Assembly: GCA_050273025.1 (NCBI GenBank)
Contig: CP158635.1
Location: forward strand, 18,910,001 to 18,974,000
DNA from: Cenococcum geophilum
Lineage: Eukaryota
Direction of reading: 5' to 3'
Length of the DNA stretch: 64,000 bases
Shown: positions 39,201-51,000 of the stretch, piece by piece
Position numbering within the stretch: position 1 is the stretch's first letter
Layout of the letters: each line of letters opens with the position of its first letter
Program-made: the position numbers and the translations under genes
Notes under the pieces: generated by a model
Seen by the model: only the letters and a program-made list of their open reading frames with translations
Databases searched by the model: none
Told to the model about the DNA's origin: nothing

Positions 39201-39449
39201 TATGCTGGCACCGCTGACGGAAGGGAAGTTCTCGAAGTGATTATGCGCAGGTAGGGAGATGGCGGATAAGGAGTCAATCAGCGACGAGATGACCTCCGGT
39301 GAGGCGGGTTGAGTGCGGACGTGATTCGGAGACCGCCTTTTGGGACGAGAGTCAGTTTCTGAGGGTAAGGAGCGGCGTCGTCGCGAGCGGGTGGGGGATG
39401 TGGAGGCGGCATCTGTAGGCAGGGTCGGAACAGGCGGTTGAACCTCCAT
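36273..39449 (-). CDS. Fungal alpha/beta-hydrolase-fold protein with a long low-complexity N-terminus; in-frame 51-nt intron 37169-37219
   Basis: Long ORF with GRIISFSEVGDP, ITPDRPGIGES, nucleophile AHSAG, HGSKDSRVP and GEQHGLM. Intron GTAAG..GCTAAC..AAG. Likely start MEVQPP at 39449; the upstream ATG at 39710 is possible. Confidence 0.9.
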   Translation of the reverse strand: MEVQPPVPTLPTDAASTSPTRSRRRRSLPSETDSRPKRRSPNHVRTQPASPEVISSLIDSLSAISLPAHNHFENFPSVSGASISTPATPNVYQTNFAGDPLATNGGFGVDYGAYRQSLRDNDYLYPDDAAEPPVIRTAKPPSGLSPLTAPKAAKKEKDSSMKNYLRASCESTTSLHSIRSTRSVSSIGNISIEAGVPRHSSASRTSTDSKRSAKGHRSLIYMSSRERLKGKDIDRKRATMPVVVNANGASGVEHLSTPKSNLQPPSPKHFPTEEPIDEEPVVAGPSHSGDHYSRGTSPLRNGMSPPTGDEQDSPTMTNGRGLIPERNSSLRHHESPSRKSKRGHGRRGSRHDASKTKTVPEEEESLGARSDEKILKELEAEENEVARRIRELKKRKQLRDKIAGKMPVVDAGDSQSVSHISSIASPRPSPTSTVSSPSKKRPQDPTAKAHKILGISAFPTPPQRRTSRIPDLSGNHEKLEELGQEDSQILNNAEDTTPLPINYQLALESLSLERTISSPSSKASSKSASNETPTRSKPLAVGGRSAIGRRSTHSMIIGASTTAKDQPGSTLPSSIPSSRGPSEETSPISPRHQSLHISPSPSSATAHRQQPKKNRWSHPDLPLKAEQRHNLEVDAVKPPPQPVIEERPSSTNSLDLSVEAFLDSPRLSQKVRHPQTGRIISFSEVGDPRGFAIFCCVGMGLTRYVMAFYDELALTLKLRLITPDRPGIGESQPDTNGTPLSWPGKKPDSDILYALQLTLKDDVLIICQALKITKFSLLAHSAGAVYALATALRIPQHIRGRVHLLAPWIPPSQMAPIGVHQDSPPGGQLPKSQRFLRVLPPSLLKVANSTFLSATSASITRSVPKTQKTKRKNINTQSPQIVNRPPIKDTRRESIMLMDQILPNGSALSLAAVNPSDPNYEAAKNVKAALTIAERERQHAFDERLTFAIWDRATSNANPATDLIVCLETRQTIGFRYEDITRGVVIHHGSKDSRVPVDNVRWLGKLMRRCEVRILDGEQHGLMASAVVMGNVLTEMAKEWEDWTAVVQGKGLEKRESQ

Positions 39450-41814
39450 CTTAGCTAAGTGGTATAAAGAAGGATATTGGCGAGTGGAATCGTGGTGCTG
39501 TGATGATCCTGCCGCGCTTGACTGAAGGGACGCAGGGTGAACTTTGGCGTCTGCAAGTGCTCTGTCGAGGATTAGTGCATGGTGTTTATGCGCGATGCGG
39601 CTCAGATTGCAGGACAGGAGCTGCAACTTCAAGGAGCGCGGGGCAAGGCGGTCACGCCAAAGGGAGTTGACGTCGAGGAAGTCCTGAAGGTGCAAGTCAG
39701 ATGCAGGCAAAGCTAGACCATGATATGCGTAAATTGCAGCTTAACAACGGCAGGGGAGCTCTCAAACAAAGGGATTGGGAGTTGATTGAGGGCGTGCCAG
39801 CCGTGCCAGGGATCGCTTTTTCGCTTTTGGCTGCAGACTCTAGCGGCTTGGCCCGTGCCATCCATTCAATCTGGCATTGTGACTGGTCACTGATGGACAT
39901 CGCTGCAATAATAAATCGCTATATTCGTTTGGGAGAAGATGATTTGACGAGCCCCCTGGGTGCTGTGTCGACATCGACTTGAGCCCCTCACGCTTCGCGT
40001 TCCACGCCTACCGAAAGCGTCGGGCTGGGGGACGAACGGTACTTTTCCCCCAGCGGCGTGGCAGGCCTCTGTTAGATCAACCCTGGAAAATCTAATCGAA
40101 CCGGCATCGCGCGTGGCGAAGGAATCCTCACCTAGTGAAAAGATTATGGGAGCTTTCTGCTACCAAAAAACGGAGCGCCACAGCTCTCTCATGACTCAGT
40201 ACTCGATCTTAACGAATAACAGGCATGCCGGATACTGCCCGTCGACGTCCAAAACCTATCATTCCACTTGCAGCCTAGAATCTGCAGGGATAAGAAGTAC
40301 ATGAGAGACAGCCATGTACAGTGGTTGAAAACAACCCATTCAACGATATCTAAGATCACTCACCGGCCGGATCGCCATCGGCACAAGCTCCACGGGCAAC
40401 GCATTTCAGTTAAAGAGCTTCAGTCCTCCGTCTTCCTACATGTTCCTATGATTTCCAGCCTTCAAGAGCCTTAGAGACTTGCCCACCAAATTGTTTTCAT
40501 ACAGATTCTACGAAGCCATCAACCCAAGAAGCACCACGGAGAATTCTACAAATCTCCGAAAAAGTCCAAGCTCCTTTGAACCATACCTAACTGCCGGGTT
40601 AAAAACGAGTCATGCCTCTCTGCTATTCACTGTAGTCACATGCACAAATGTGGACAACCACAAAAATTGTCCACAAGGACGCCCATGAAAAGATATCAAT
40701 ATTTTGAATAAGGCATAATGTTATTTCCGACCATAACACTTTCCAGGCCCTGGAGGAATTTATTTAAGACTTTACATGGTTAATGATGTATTGTGGTACA
40801 ATAAATGATTGTGATACTAAAGAACTTAATTCGCTTCTTAAACAAAAAAAAATTAAACAATGGCCAACTTTCGAAGTAATTTAAACAAAATGGCTTTGCT
40901 TTCATTTGGAGCATTGTCTCTCGAATTGAGTTCGGAACCCGGCGCGAGAGCTAAGGCATGACGTCATCGCTAAACCCTACCTCTTCAGTCAAAATTCACC
41001 TCACCAAGACCCATTCCCGTCTTTGGACCTGGGTAGCCGAGGGCAAGTAGCCCTGAGCTGAAATTAAGCAAACCTGATTCGAGCCTGAGCAAGTAAGAGA
41101 CCAGTTCTGGGCCCTACGAACCTAGGAAGGGGCCTGACAGCTCTTCTGGTCCCATAAAGAAGCAGTGGAGGGACCTAAATTCAGACCTAAATTTGGCTTC
41201 CGTTGCCCGTAACTTACGTTCTACGCCTCCGCTAAGGCTGCTACCTAAACCTCAACCACCTTGTGGAATCCTTTCAAGCCCTCGGTAACGAATTTACACT
41301 TAGTCCGGTCAAAGTTCGATTTCAACAGATTCGCGTATTCAGCCAGCTAAAGCTACCACCTGCCAACCTCCTGAGTATCCTGCCCAGAACCGTAATTGCT
41401 GATCTTTGCTCTACGCGAATCAAATTGCATGCCAAACAGCGCTCCCAACCTGTCTTCCTTGCGCGGAAGTCGTTCGCGCGCGGCCTTCCCGAAACAGCTC
41501 GTACAGCTCGGAGCATTTCCTGGCAAACTGCAGCGTTGTCCTCACAGAAAGCCGAGAAAGCAAGGGTGTTTGGAAACCAGCGAGATACGTGCAGTTCCTT
41601 CTACATCTCCAATTAGATCTCGAGCTTCCAAATCTTTTGGCCAGGATGTCGGGCAGCTGGATACCAGCACCCCGCACCCAACCCATGAAATCCCACCCAC
41701 GGCTGACGATTACGAACACCTTATGCGGCTTAAAATCATGTAAGGTGGATAAAAGGCTGCAAAATCATGCGAGATCCCTTCGTGTGGCAGAAGTGACTTT
41801 TCGTATTAGGCGCT

Positions 41815-42655
41815 TTGGGCGCACCAAAGCTGACGAGGATGGCGCTAATTTTGGCTCCTTGAACATTAGCTTGGGTTTTTGATTGTTTTCTCCACCGCGT
41901 TGAGATATACAAGCCACATGGGATATACCGTGTGCAGAAATAAGCCAACATCAGTTTTCATCGTGAACAGATAGCCAACCTATGGTCTTGTTTGGTCACC
42001 TCTTCCATGTGGGTCCGTTCGACACCACGAGAATCTACTCACCTGTGTCAAGGCCCAATAGTACCTAATCGAAGTGTATTGGAGCAAGATATTAGCGACG
42101 CTTGTTGACACGGCTAGCACAAAGAATATGGAAAAAATCAAGGACGAATTACGGCTGATGTTGGACATATGAGTAAAGTCTCGCCATTCCGTTCGTATCT
42201 GGGTTGCGTTTCGTTGGATATGTTCACAAGGAGAAACCTGCTGCTTAGTGGGTTGGCTGGCCGCCCTACTTTCCTCCTCTTCGGAGCGCAGATCATCCTT
42301 TAAGAAGAGGTTGTTGTTCTCCTAGTCCGTGATGGTGGTCATTAGTCACACCGGCCGGGGATCGATCCTGCTTGTTTGCGTTGCTGCGAATGCCAGGAAG
42401 CGCAGCGATGGCTACAAATGCACAGGCAATAGATCCGATGCCGATCCAGAAGGGCAGCCAGATGCTTCGGCTCAGGGCGAACGAGGCTATGGCTGGATTG
42501 AGCAACAGGTCGACTTTGCCAACGGCGTGGAGATAGTTAAATATTATGGTCCTAGCAGACGGTCAGTGGTTCCATGCAGAGATGGTTTGAGGGTCCATAC
42601 CTCTGAGATGGATCCTTGCTCACATCGGCAATGATGGCATGTATGTTTGCTGTCG
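41815..42655 (-). pseudogene. MFS transporter fragment or pseudogene
   Basis: AIIADVSKDPSQR/TIIFNYL (GT..CTGAC..AG intron), NPAIASFALSRSIWLPFWIG, IFFVLAVS...LLQYTSIRYYW and a further intron. Contains stops and frameshifts; no N- or C-terminus visible. Confidence 0.65.
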
Positions 42656-42666
42656 CTTAACATTCC

Positions 42667-44272
42667 TTACCTCAGCGAGCTCAGACCAAGAAATCGATTG
42701 TGCGGATATAGGAATATCCGCACCGTCCGCTAAGCTGATTTAGGACGGCAATCGTTTTCGTGGTCTGAGAGACTTTGGCGAGATTTATAGGAAAACCTAA
42801 ACACGGTTTATATGAGAAGACCTTATTAACTTTAACAAAATTAATCTACCCTCCCACAATACCTATTAACATAAAAATTACACTAAATTATAGAGAAAAG
42901 CCTACTCTATAAGTTATGAGATCTTTAGCTCCTTATACACGCGCGATATTAAGAGGAGTTCGTTGCCGCAGAGGCTCTAATTCCACTGCCCTACTAAGGC
43001 GCGTAGTAAACACGCTTACGCCTACGCCACTAGCCCTCTTCGCAACTAGTAGGTATTCCATCTGCTATATACCTATTTAATTTATTTACTTTACAGCCCT
43101 TTATAGGTTATGGTGTAGGCCCTAATAGAGTTATAAGCTCCGCGTCTGTGTACAGCTGTAGAGCTTTGTAAGAGCTCTGCAGAACGAAGCTTAGGGGGAG
43201 ACCTGCACGGAGCTCTGCACGGAGCTCTGCACGGAGCTCTACTAAGGCTCTGCGGAGGCTCTGCACGAAGCTCCGTACGAAGCTCTGTAAAAGCTCTACT
43301 CGAAGCTCTGTAAAAGCTCTACTCGAAGCTCTGCTCGAAGCTCTGCTTAAAGCTCTGCTTGAGGCTCTGCTCGAGGCTCTGCTCGAAGCTCTACTCGAGG
43401 CTCTGCTCGAAGCCCTATATAGAGCTCCAAAGCTCTACTAACACGCAGCACTAATATACTAGGAAGGTTTTACAATTGCCCGTACGAACGCCCGTACGAA
43501 CGCCTATACAATCGTCTCTACAAACGTCTCTGCAATTGATCGCCCGTACAAACGTCTGCACGTCTGCACGGCTACACGTCTGCACGCCTGCACGTGGCTC
43601 TGCACGAATCTCTGCACGAAGCTCTGCACGAATCTCTGCACGAATCTCTGCACGAATCTCTGCACGAATCTCTGCACGAATCTCTGCACGAATCTCTGCA
43701 CGAATCTCTGCACGAATCTCTGCACGAATCTCTGCACGAAGCTCTGCACGAAGCTCTACTGGCTCTGCACGAGGCTTTACTAAGGCTCTGCACGAGGTTC
43801 TGCCCCCTAGCAGTAGTGGAGGCACTCCGGGCCAAGGGAGGATATTTTCAAGGAAGGACCCAACTACAGCACCTACTAAGTGTTGCAATGGCTTTGAGTA
43901 GTAGATGTCTATATATCTGTATAGTTTTATCTATATTAGCAGACTATTTAATAAGATATAATATGTGCTTATGCTTTTAACAACGCGTTTTTTAACTTTA
44001 ACAAAATTAATATTAGGACTAAGCGATAGCCGTATTATAAAATTCGTACCATTTAGAAGCCCTAGTTCTTAAAAATATTGTATTAACTTTTAGTAATAAT
44101 AACGCGTTATATAAATAAATGGATTAGATATCCACAATATCCATTTTGCGGATTTTACTTATGCTTTTAACAAAACTCGCCAAAGCCTCTCAGACGTGAT
44201 TTTGCAATTCGGAAGACGGCGTAGGTTATTCCGATGCTAGCTAAAAAATCGCGTCTGAGCTCGCTGAGGTAA
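42667..44272 (+). mobile_element. Non-autonomous 1.6-kb AcademH derivative (copy A) with perfect 20-bp TIRs
   Basis: TTACCTCAGCGAGCTCAGAC at 42667-42686 and its reverse complement at 44253-44272. Both subterminal regions match the two ends of the long copy. Confidence 0.85.
43597..43752. repeat. 13 x 12-bp minisatellite (T/G)CTCTGCACGAA; related 11-12-bp arrays at ~43200-43440
   Basis: Read directly. Confidence 0.95.
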
Positions 44273-44709
44273 GGAATAACCTACGCCGTCTTCCGAATTG
44301 CAAAATCACGTCTGAGAGGGTTTGGCGAGATTTGTTAAAATCCTAAGTAAAATCTATAAAACGGAGATTGCGGATATCTAATTCATTTATTTATATAACG
44401 CGTTATTATTACTAAAAGTCCATACATTATTTTTAAGACTTAGGGCTTTTAAATGGTATGAATTTTATAATATGGCTATTGCTTAGTCTTAATATTAATT
44501 TCGTTAAAGTTAAAAAAACGCGTTATTAAAAGCCTAAGCACGTATTATATCTTATTAAATAGTTTGCTAATATTAATAAAACTATATAGATATGTAGATA
44601 TCTACTACTTAAAGTTATTACAACACCTAGTAGGCGCTATAGTTGGGTCCTTTTTTAAAAATATCCTCCCTTAGCCTAGAGTGCCTCTACTACTGCTAAG
44701 TGTTATATC

Positions 44710-47700
44710 CGTATAAAAAACCTACTATAGCTTTAAAGAAAACCACTAGATGTTGGGGTTAGAAGCCTATAGTTAAATAGGAACGCTAGTAGGCCTTATA
44801 GAGCTTATAGGAGCTAGATAATTGTATATGGGAGGATCTTACGTCCCTAGTAGAGAGGCAGTTATAGGACGTATAAGACGAGCTTCTGGCCTTATAAGAG
44901 GTAAGTAAGAATAAATAGTTAAGCGTAATAGATAGAGCTATTAAGCTTCTATATTTGTACAGCGGACAACCTAGTTAAATTAAGGTATTAAGACGGGTAA
45001 TATATAGGTAGAGGGACTTATTCCTAGCGGCGAAGATATTATAGGGTAAGAGTATAATAATATAGGCGATTCTATTACTAATTTAAGCTTCTATTACTAT
45101 TATTATATTACCTTTAAACGTAATTAGAGAGGAGTAGCTGTTAAAGATACGGGCTATTCTAGGAGTAAATCCCGTATTTATATATGCGGAGGTAATAAAA
45201 GCGTATGCGGATATTCTAAAATATATTAAGGCGGGTTAGTTTATATATGTTTTAGTATCGCTAGAGTTGCTATTAAGTAAACGGTTCCACTATATTCTTA
45301 CTTGGCCTACTTTTCGCTCGTATATTTCCTTAGTTATAATTAATGAGTATTATCTAGTTGCTAACTAGGGTAAGAGCTTCCGGCCCTATTACGCATAGCT
45401 CTTTAAGGTCCGATTACTGCTTAGTTTAATAGTGTTATAGTTTATATATACTGCAACACTTAATAAAGAGATATATATAAAGGTAATAAAGCTAGCGGGG
45501 TTTTATTAGAGTACAACGGATCTTAAATAAATAAATATTAATCGGCCTGACCTATCTATTATTAGGGGCTATATTAAGAGGAGGGATAAGAATAATTATA
45601 AGGCACTATTCTTTATTATTAAAGAGGTATTTAAGGAGGTAGTAATAGAGGAGGATTATACACCCGTGACCCTTAGCTAGATATTTATAGGGTCTAGTAA
45701 GATATCTATATTATTTAGCTAAACGCCTATAGCGTCTAGTAGGATATCCGTATCTTCTAGTTAAATATTTACTACCTCTATTTATTAACTAGTCGGGTAG
45801 ATCTAAAATCTAGTAGGAGGTATTATATAGCTAAAGGGACGAAAGGTTTTAAGTCCTAAATTAATTCCTAAGATAATTATCTTTCTTTATGCCAAAAATT
45901 ATATCTATAGGTGTATGAACATGCTCTATTTATAGCTTATAACTAAGGGCTATACTATAACGTAGGCTAAAATAGTAGTGCGGAGTTATTATGCGATATT
46001 ATCTAAACGTAATAAGAGTAGGGAGTATTAAAATTTCTGTATAGAAGACTTACCTATTTATATTCTTATTACGTCGGACGCCCTAGCCTATAGTGCGGAT
46101 ATTTTAGATATTGTCCGTTCTATTATATATAGTTATTATTCTAATAAAAGCCTAAATATAATACTGTAGCGATTTAGACGGGCCGCCTAACGCGATAGTG
46201 TTACTAAATATATAATTATCCTTATTAAAAACTGGTATAAGGGCGCTCTTATGGATATTATACCGTTAAAGCGAAAGTCTTAAAAACCTATAGCCCCTCT
46301 ATCTACCTGACTCGGCTATAACTTTATTACTGCTAGGATAGCGATATAAAAGGATAGGGTAGTAGATTTCGCTAGCGATCTGGCTTTATTTATTATAATT
46401 AACAGTAATATTATCTCATAGGTATCTACCTAGAAGGAGGAGGATTGAATACTTAATAAGAATATAACATTATTAGCCCTACTAATTGAGTATATAGAAA
46501 AATAGAAGAGGGCGAAGATTAATGCAGAGAAATGGGCGGTACTTTTAGATATATTATATAAGCTTGCGAATAAAGCTACTAGATGTCTACGTAATATTCT
46601 ACTTAAGCCGTATAAGGAGACGAGTCCGTTATTTAGAGATCCACGCTATTACTTTAATTGCGATAATTCGTTATAGGCTTATAAGGAGTATAATATTATC
46701 GTACTATATACTAGAAATATTACAAAGAGTAAGTACTTAAAGGATCTATTTATAAGTATTAAGAAGTAGATTAAAGGATAACTTAATACGATATACTAGG
46801 ATGCAGTTTAGAGTTTAATTTCTAGTTATATTATATCCAATAATTAAATCTATATACTCTGTATCTAACCTCTACTAACTTATAAGGGCCTTAAGTGGAT
46901 ATTACCTAAATAGGATTACAGCTTCCTAGGAGATAAAGTAGACGCGCTTATCCGCTTTATTTATAAGGAAGAAACGTAATATTTTAGTACTAGTGTTTTA
47001 TAGGCTGCGTCGCAATCTAGTAGACGTGTTGCCGTATCTAGAAGCTCGTTATAGACGTCTTTACCATTAGTAGGTTAAAGGGAACCCGTTAGTGTATTAA
47101 CTATAAAAAGTATTGGTCTTAATTAACTGTTATAAACCAAAGTATTACCGCCCTTATAGCTATTATTAGCATCTAGCTTATAAACGGATATTACCGAGTC
47201 TTAAATATCTTAGCTTGTATTAACCTAAGACTTATAGATAAACTAGTCCCAAACTACGTATGCCGCTCTATTATAGTCATTTTAATAGCTATATATTTAG
47301 CCCTTAGAGCAATCTGGATATTAAAGCCTATAGCGTAGTATTGAATCTAAATCCTTAGGGCAGTCTGAGTATTAGAGCTTATAGTATAATACTAAGTCTT
47401 AACTTTTAGATAAGCCTAAGGTTTAATATTCGTAATATAGCACTAGATCTCCAATTATAAAAAATCCTAAGGCTTAAGATCTGTAGCGTAGCACTAGTTT
47501 TTAAGTAGTAGGAAATCCGGAAATTTAGAATTCGTAATATAGTATTAGATCTCCGCTTCTAGAAAATCCCAAGGCTTAGGATTTAAGTTATAATACTAAA
47601 TCTCCGCTCCTAGGAAACTCCGAGGCCTAGGGTTTACAGGCTAATACTTAATTTCTGCCCTCTAAACTAGGCGTAGTTTAGAATTCGCGTACTAATGCTT

Positions 47701-47900
47701 AATCCCCACCTTCTAAATTAGGTGCGGCTTAGAGTTTATAGCCTAATGTTTAATCTCCGCTCTTTAAGCTATACGCAGCTTAGAACCTATAGCCTAGTAC
47801 TTAATCTCCGCCCTCGGTTTTAGATGTAACGCAGCTATTAGGTCTACCTTATAGTAAGAGAAAATAAAAAGACGTATCTGCGCACTTTAAAAGTAAGAAA
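44710..47900 (+). pseudogene. RecQ-like SF2 helicase of the AcademH element (RIP-inactivated; ends approximate)
   Basis: Motif I AAKTSWGKS-like at 45027-45053, motif II DECHLVANWGKSFRP-like at 45342-45386, TATL at ~45450 and motif V-like TSDALAxxADI at ~46070. Confidence 0.82.
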
Positions 47901-48089
47901 TTCGCTTACTAAGTAAACCTAATATCCGCTTATAACCCTTCTCCAGCACCTTAGCTAAGTAGTAATTTTATATTAATGTCACTTCGTAAGTTAACTAGAC
48001 GGCGCCTACTTAGTTTAATTAGTAGTAATTTAATAGTAAAGGATTTGCGTATTACAAATAAGCGTATATAAGGTAGTTAATATTTACTA

Positions 48090-51000
48090 CGGTAAGTTAT
48101 AGCGGCGATTATTCGTTAGTGAGCTAATTTAATAAAATTAGCAGCGCGGATATTTACCTTTAATTAACCTCTGCACCTCTTCTTTTACTAACCTTCTACC
48201 TTACAGCACCGTACTATAAACTTTACCGTTATTATTTTATCTACTGTTTATTAGCATGCTACTATCTATAGTGCCTTAATTTATACTTTTAAATACGTCT
48301 AATAGCTATTTAGTTAAGGAACTTGATATGCGCGACGTTAATGATAAAATAATTAAAGACGCTTTTAAGGACGCTCTTTCTTTCACTAATTCTTTAGGGT
48401 TTTTACCTAAAGGGTAAGCTTTCTGATACTAAATTATGCCTATAGTTAATATAATTTTAGGAAATATATACTAAAGTACTCTTTGTTGGATATAGCAGAG
48501 CACTATAATGATGCTATTACGAAATCCGCTGGAAATCCGCTTACCTCTTTACTGCCTGCCTCTTTGCCGCCTGCCTCTTTGCCGCGTACCTTTAAGCCAC
48601 TTATTTCTTCACCTACTACCTTTAAAAAGTTTAATCATTGTTGTACTTCTGCTTCTCTTAAGAGGTAGGCTAATAGAATTACTGCGTAAAATGTTAAGTA
48701 TAAGATAGCCTTTAAATTGTATGTATTAGCTATACTATTTTAGTGTCTTATCTATTAATTTACCTCTTATAGTAACCTAATAGAAATGTTGAAGATTTTA
48801 GATAACGATAAAAGGAGTAATCTTAATGACGCCGACTCTCCTAAAAGCTCTTCTCTATCCTTTTATAATCTCCGCAGCCTTTATAAGCTCCGCACGACCT
48901 AAGCTATAATATTAGATATTAATACAAACGAGCGCCTTCCTATTTATGTGCTGTTAGTAAATAAATGGTATACCCTAAAAGCTGGTGCTTGGGAAAATAT
49001 AAAAAAAGCTTATTAGCGGATATATACCCACGTTTAGAATATTAAGGGTAACTCTAGTATGCTGCGCGATCCGCTATGCGCTCTATACGTTAAGTAAGAC
49101 TATAAATATTGCGTTTACAAGCAGAACTTTAGGCCTTATTTTAGAGGTATATACTTAAGATGTCGCTTAAGTGGCAGGTTATGTAAAAAGGTACGTGCTA
49201 ATAGTATACTACTATCCTGTCAGCTAATACGTATATAGGATAGTTTGCTAATATTGGAGCTGGTTATACCTTAGCGCAAAAAACGTACGTAATTAGCTTC
49301 TGCTAGTAGTCTAGCTGGAACGCCTACTAAGAAGGTATAATATCCGCATTTTAATAATACGGATATTGCTGATATCCGTATAGCTTTATACCCACACTAT
49401 CCCCCCTTTAGAGACCTTCCCTCCCCCTAAGACTCCTATTTATAGCAATATATATAGCTATAAAGGCACCCGCTCTATTACTGCTCCTTTTACTTTTTTA
49501 CTAATTCCTAGTACGCCTAGTGCTGCTTCTAGTACTATTACTTCTACTAGTACGGAAAATATTAGGGTGTATTTAGTAATTACTGTTTTTATACGCGTTA
49601 ATATAGTTTATAAATGGGTGGCTAAGGTAGTAAAAGATGTTCGGGCTATAGACTACTGGTTAAGTAAGCTTAAAGGTTCTCTAAGTAAGATAAAGGATAA
49701 GCTTGTGTTTATAAGGTGTGGTATTACTATACTTATACGTAACGCTAGGTCACTAAATATAGAACTTAAGTAGATGCAGGTTAGCTATTACTGTAGGTTA
49801 GCTGTTATTATAGGTTTAGAGTAATAAAATAGTAACTCTTACCTCTTTACTGCTACGTATGTAGGAATTAAGTCTCTACCTTATATTTAATAGATATCTT
49901 TAATTAATATTATAATATCCGCATAAGCTAAGATAATAATATCCGTATAAGCTAAGATAAAGATATTTATATCCGCGCACCGTTAATGTTTACTAAGGTA
50001 AGTCACTATAGCAGCGATTATTTATTAGTGAGCTAATTTAATAAAATCGGCAGTGTGGATATTTACCTTAATTAACCTCTGTACCTCTTCTTCCTCTACT
50101 AACCTTCTACCTTATAGTACCGCACCGCGAACTTTATTATTGTTGTTTTATATACTATCCCTTAGAATACTACAATCTATAATGCCTTTATTTACACCTC
50201 TAAACAATATTAATGTAAATAATAGTAACTAGGCGGTTAAGGAACTCGATATACGCGATGTTAACGATAAGGAGTTTAATACTATTAAGTACGCTATAGC
50301 TACTCTTACTAAGTCTTTAGGCTCTATTTCTAAAGAGTAAGCTTTCTAATACTAAATTATGCCTATAGCTAATATAATTTTAGGAAATATATACTGAGGC
50401 GCTTTTTATAGGATTTAGTAGATGACGACAATAAGGATAGAGCAAAATCCGTTAAAACCCCGCTTACCTTTTTACTGGATACCTTTCCGCTGCCTATATC
50501 TTTGCCATAGGCTACTTTGCCATCCACTACTTTACCGTTTACCTCTCTACTACCGCTACCTAATGCTTTTAAAAAGAGGCTTAATAAGGCTTATTTATCT
50601 TCTTTTCTTAGAAAGCGGGCTAAAAAGGCTGCTGATACGAATATGAAGCTTAAGATAGCTATTAAATTGTATGTGTTAGTTATACTATTTTAGTATCTTA
50701 TCTACTAATTTACCTTTTATAGTGACCTAAACACTATATATAAGGTTTCTTCGGATAGCGAATCTTTAGATAGCGATAAAGATAAAGACCTTAATAACGC
50801 TAACTCTCGTAATCTCCGCAGCCCTTATAATCTCCACAGCCCTTAAAATCTTAGCAGCCTTTATAATCTCCGTAGTACTCCTAATATAAATAAGCGCCTT
50901 CCTATCTAAGTACTGTTAGCGAATAAATAGTATACTCTAAAAGCTAGTATTTGGGATAATATAAAGGAAAGTTGCTAGCGGATATTAACATATGTCTAGA

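Noticed and set aside
36046..39982. Many short ORFs overlapping the hydrolase gene
   Set aside because: Antisense or alternate-frame shadows of a GC-balanced CDS, with no recognisable motifs.
41263..41882. Possible gene or Zn-cluster fragment (CQTALPTCLPC)
   Set aside because: Incomplete Cys pattern, non-ATG starts and no consistent exon structure.
43451..43980. ORFs with RAEI/SARI/HESL/CRDS repeats
   Set aside because: Artefacts of a stop-free 12-bp minisatellite that is open in most frames.
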